Shown: positions 63,925-64,000 of the stretch, one piece after another
How positions within the stretch are numbered: position 1 is the first letter of the stretch
Layout: the number at the start of each line of letters is the position of its first letter
Virus record (IMG/VR): IMGVR_UViG_3300017917_002434
Coordinates: 205,731 to 269,730 of that record
Direction: 5' to 3' (one strand)
Length of the DNA stretch: 64,000 nucleotides
Program-made: the position numbers and the translations under genes
The notes under the pieces: generated by a model
What the model was told of the DNA's origin: nothing
What the model saw: the letters and a program-made list of their open reading frames with translations, nothing else
Databases searched by the model: none

Positions 63925-63999
63925 TTATTGAAAAAATCCGTTTACAAATACCATTACAGCGAAGACCAAAATGCCGACTTGGATAGAAAACAACAGCAC
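63925..63999 (-). CDS. C-terminal fragment of a membrane protein (5' end outside window)
   Basis: Reads VLLFSIQVGILVFAVMVFVNGFFQ-stop. Confidence 0.5.
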   Translation of the reverse strand: MLLFSIQVGILVFAVMVFVNGFFQ

Positions 64000-64000
64000 A

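Noticed and set aside
1-64000. tRNA, rRNA, tmRNA, retron or DGR elements
   Set aside because: I found no T-loop GGTTCGA(A/G)TCC-type motif in an intergenic cloverleaf, no reverse transcriptase, and no near-identical TR/VR pair by eye. tRNAscan-SE/Infernal would be needed to exclude them formally.
1-64000. Stop-codon reassignment (alternative genetic code) as in some large phages
   Set aside because: Standard code 11 gives full-length conserved genes and dense coding; TAG, TGA and TAA all act as normal stops.

Overview
This 64-kb window is part of a large T4-like (myovirus-type) dsDNA phage genome with a rearranged T4 gene order. The host is probably Gram-negative, inferred from LPS-heptose genes and a signal-peptide protein. 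From left to right: (1) the end of a NodU/CmcH carbamoyltransferase; (2) tail-fibre-like structural genes, including a 2693-aa modular protein; (3) a five-gene ADP-heptose-type operon; (4) neck, tail and packaging genes (gp15, gp14, gp13, dNMP kinase, gp18, gp19, gp4, probable gp16, gp17); (5) gp32-uvsX-uvsY; (6) a ~10-kb glycosylation island; (7) a replication block containing UvsW, a probable gp62, a 192-aa miniature DnaE-like polymerase core, primase and gp41 helicase, with a micropeptide/carbamoyltransferase/radical-SAM/SGNH insert; (8) a nucleotidyltransferase and a GNAT, the former with a capsid-targeting-like N-terminus; (9) a structured non-coding junction; (10) a leftward array of small early genes, most behind their own near-consensus sigma70 promoter, several with a conserved stem-loop. 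I found no tRNA, rRNA, CRISPR array, integrase or transposase. The best leads are the mini-DnaE, a putatively virion-packaged nucleotidyltransferase, an ADP-heptose pathway possibly completed by non-orthologous enzymes, pervasive leaderless transcripts, and a GNA mini-hairpin cluster. All protein assignments come from motif recognition by eye; no database searches were run. Several starts were moved from the ORF track to a better-supported ATG.
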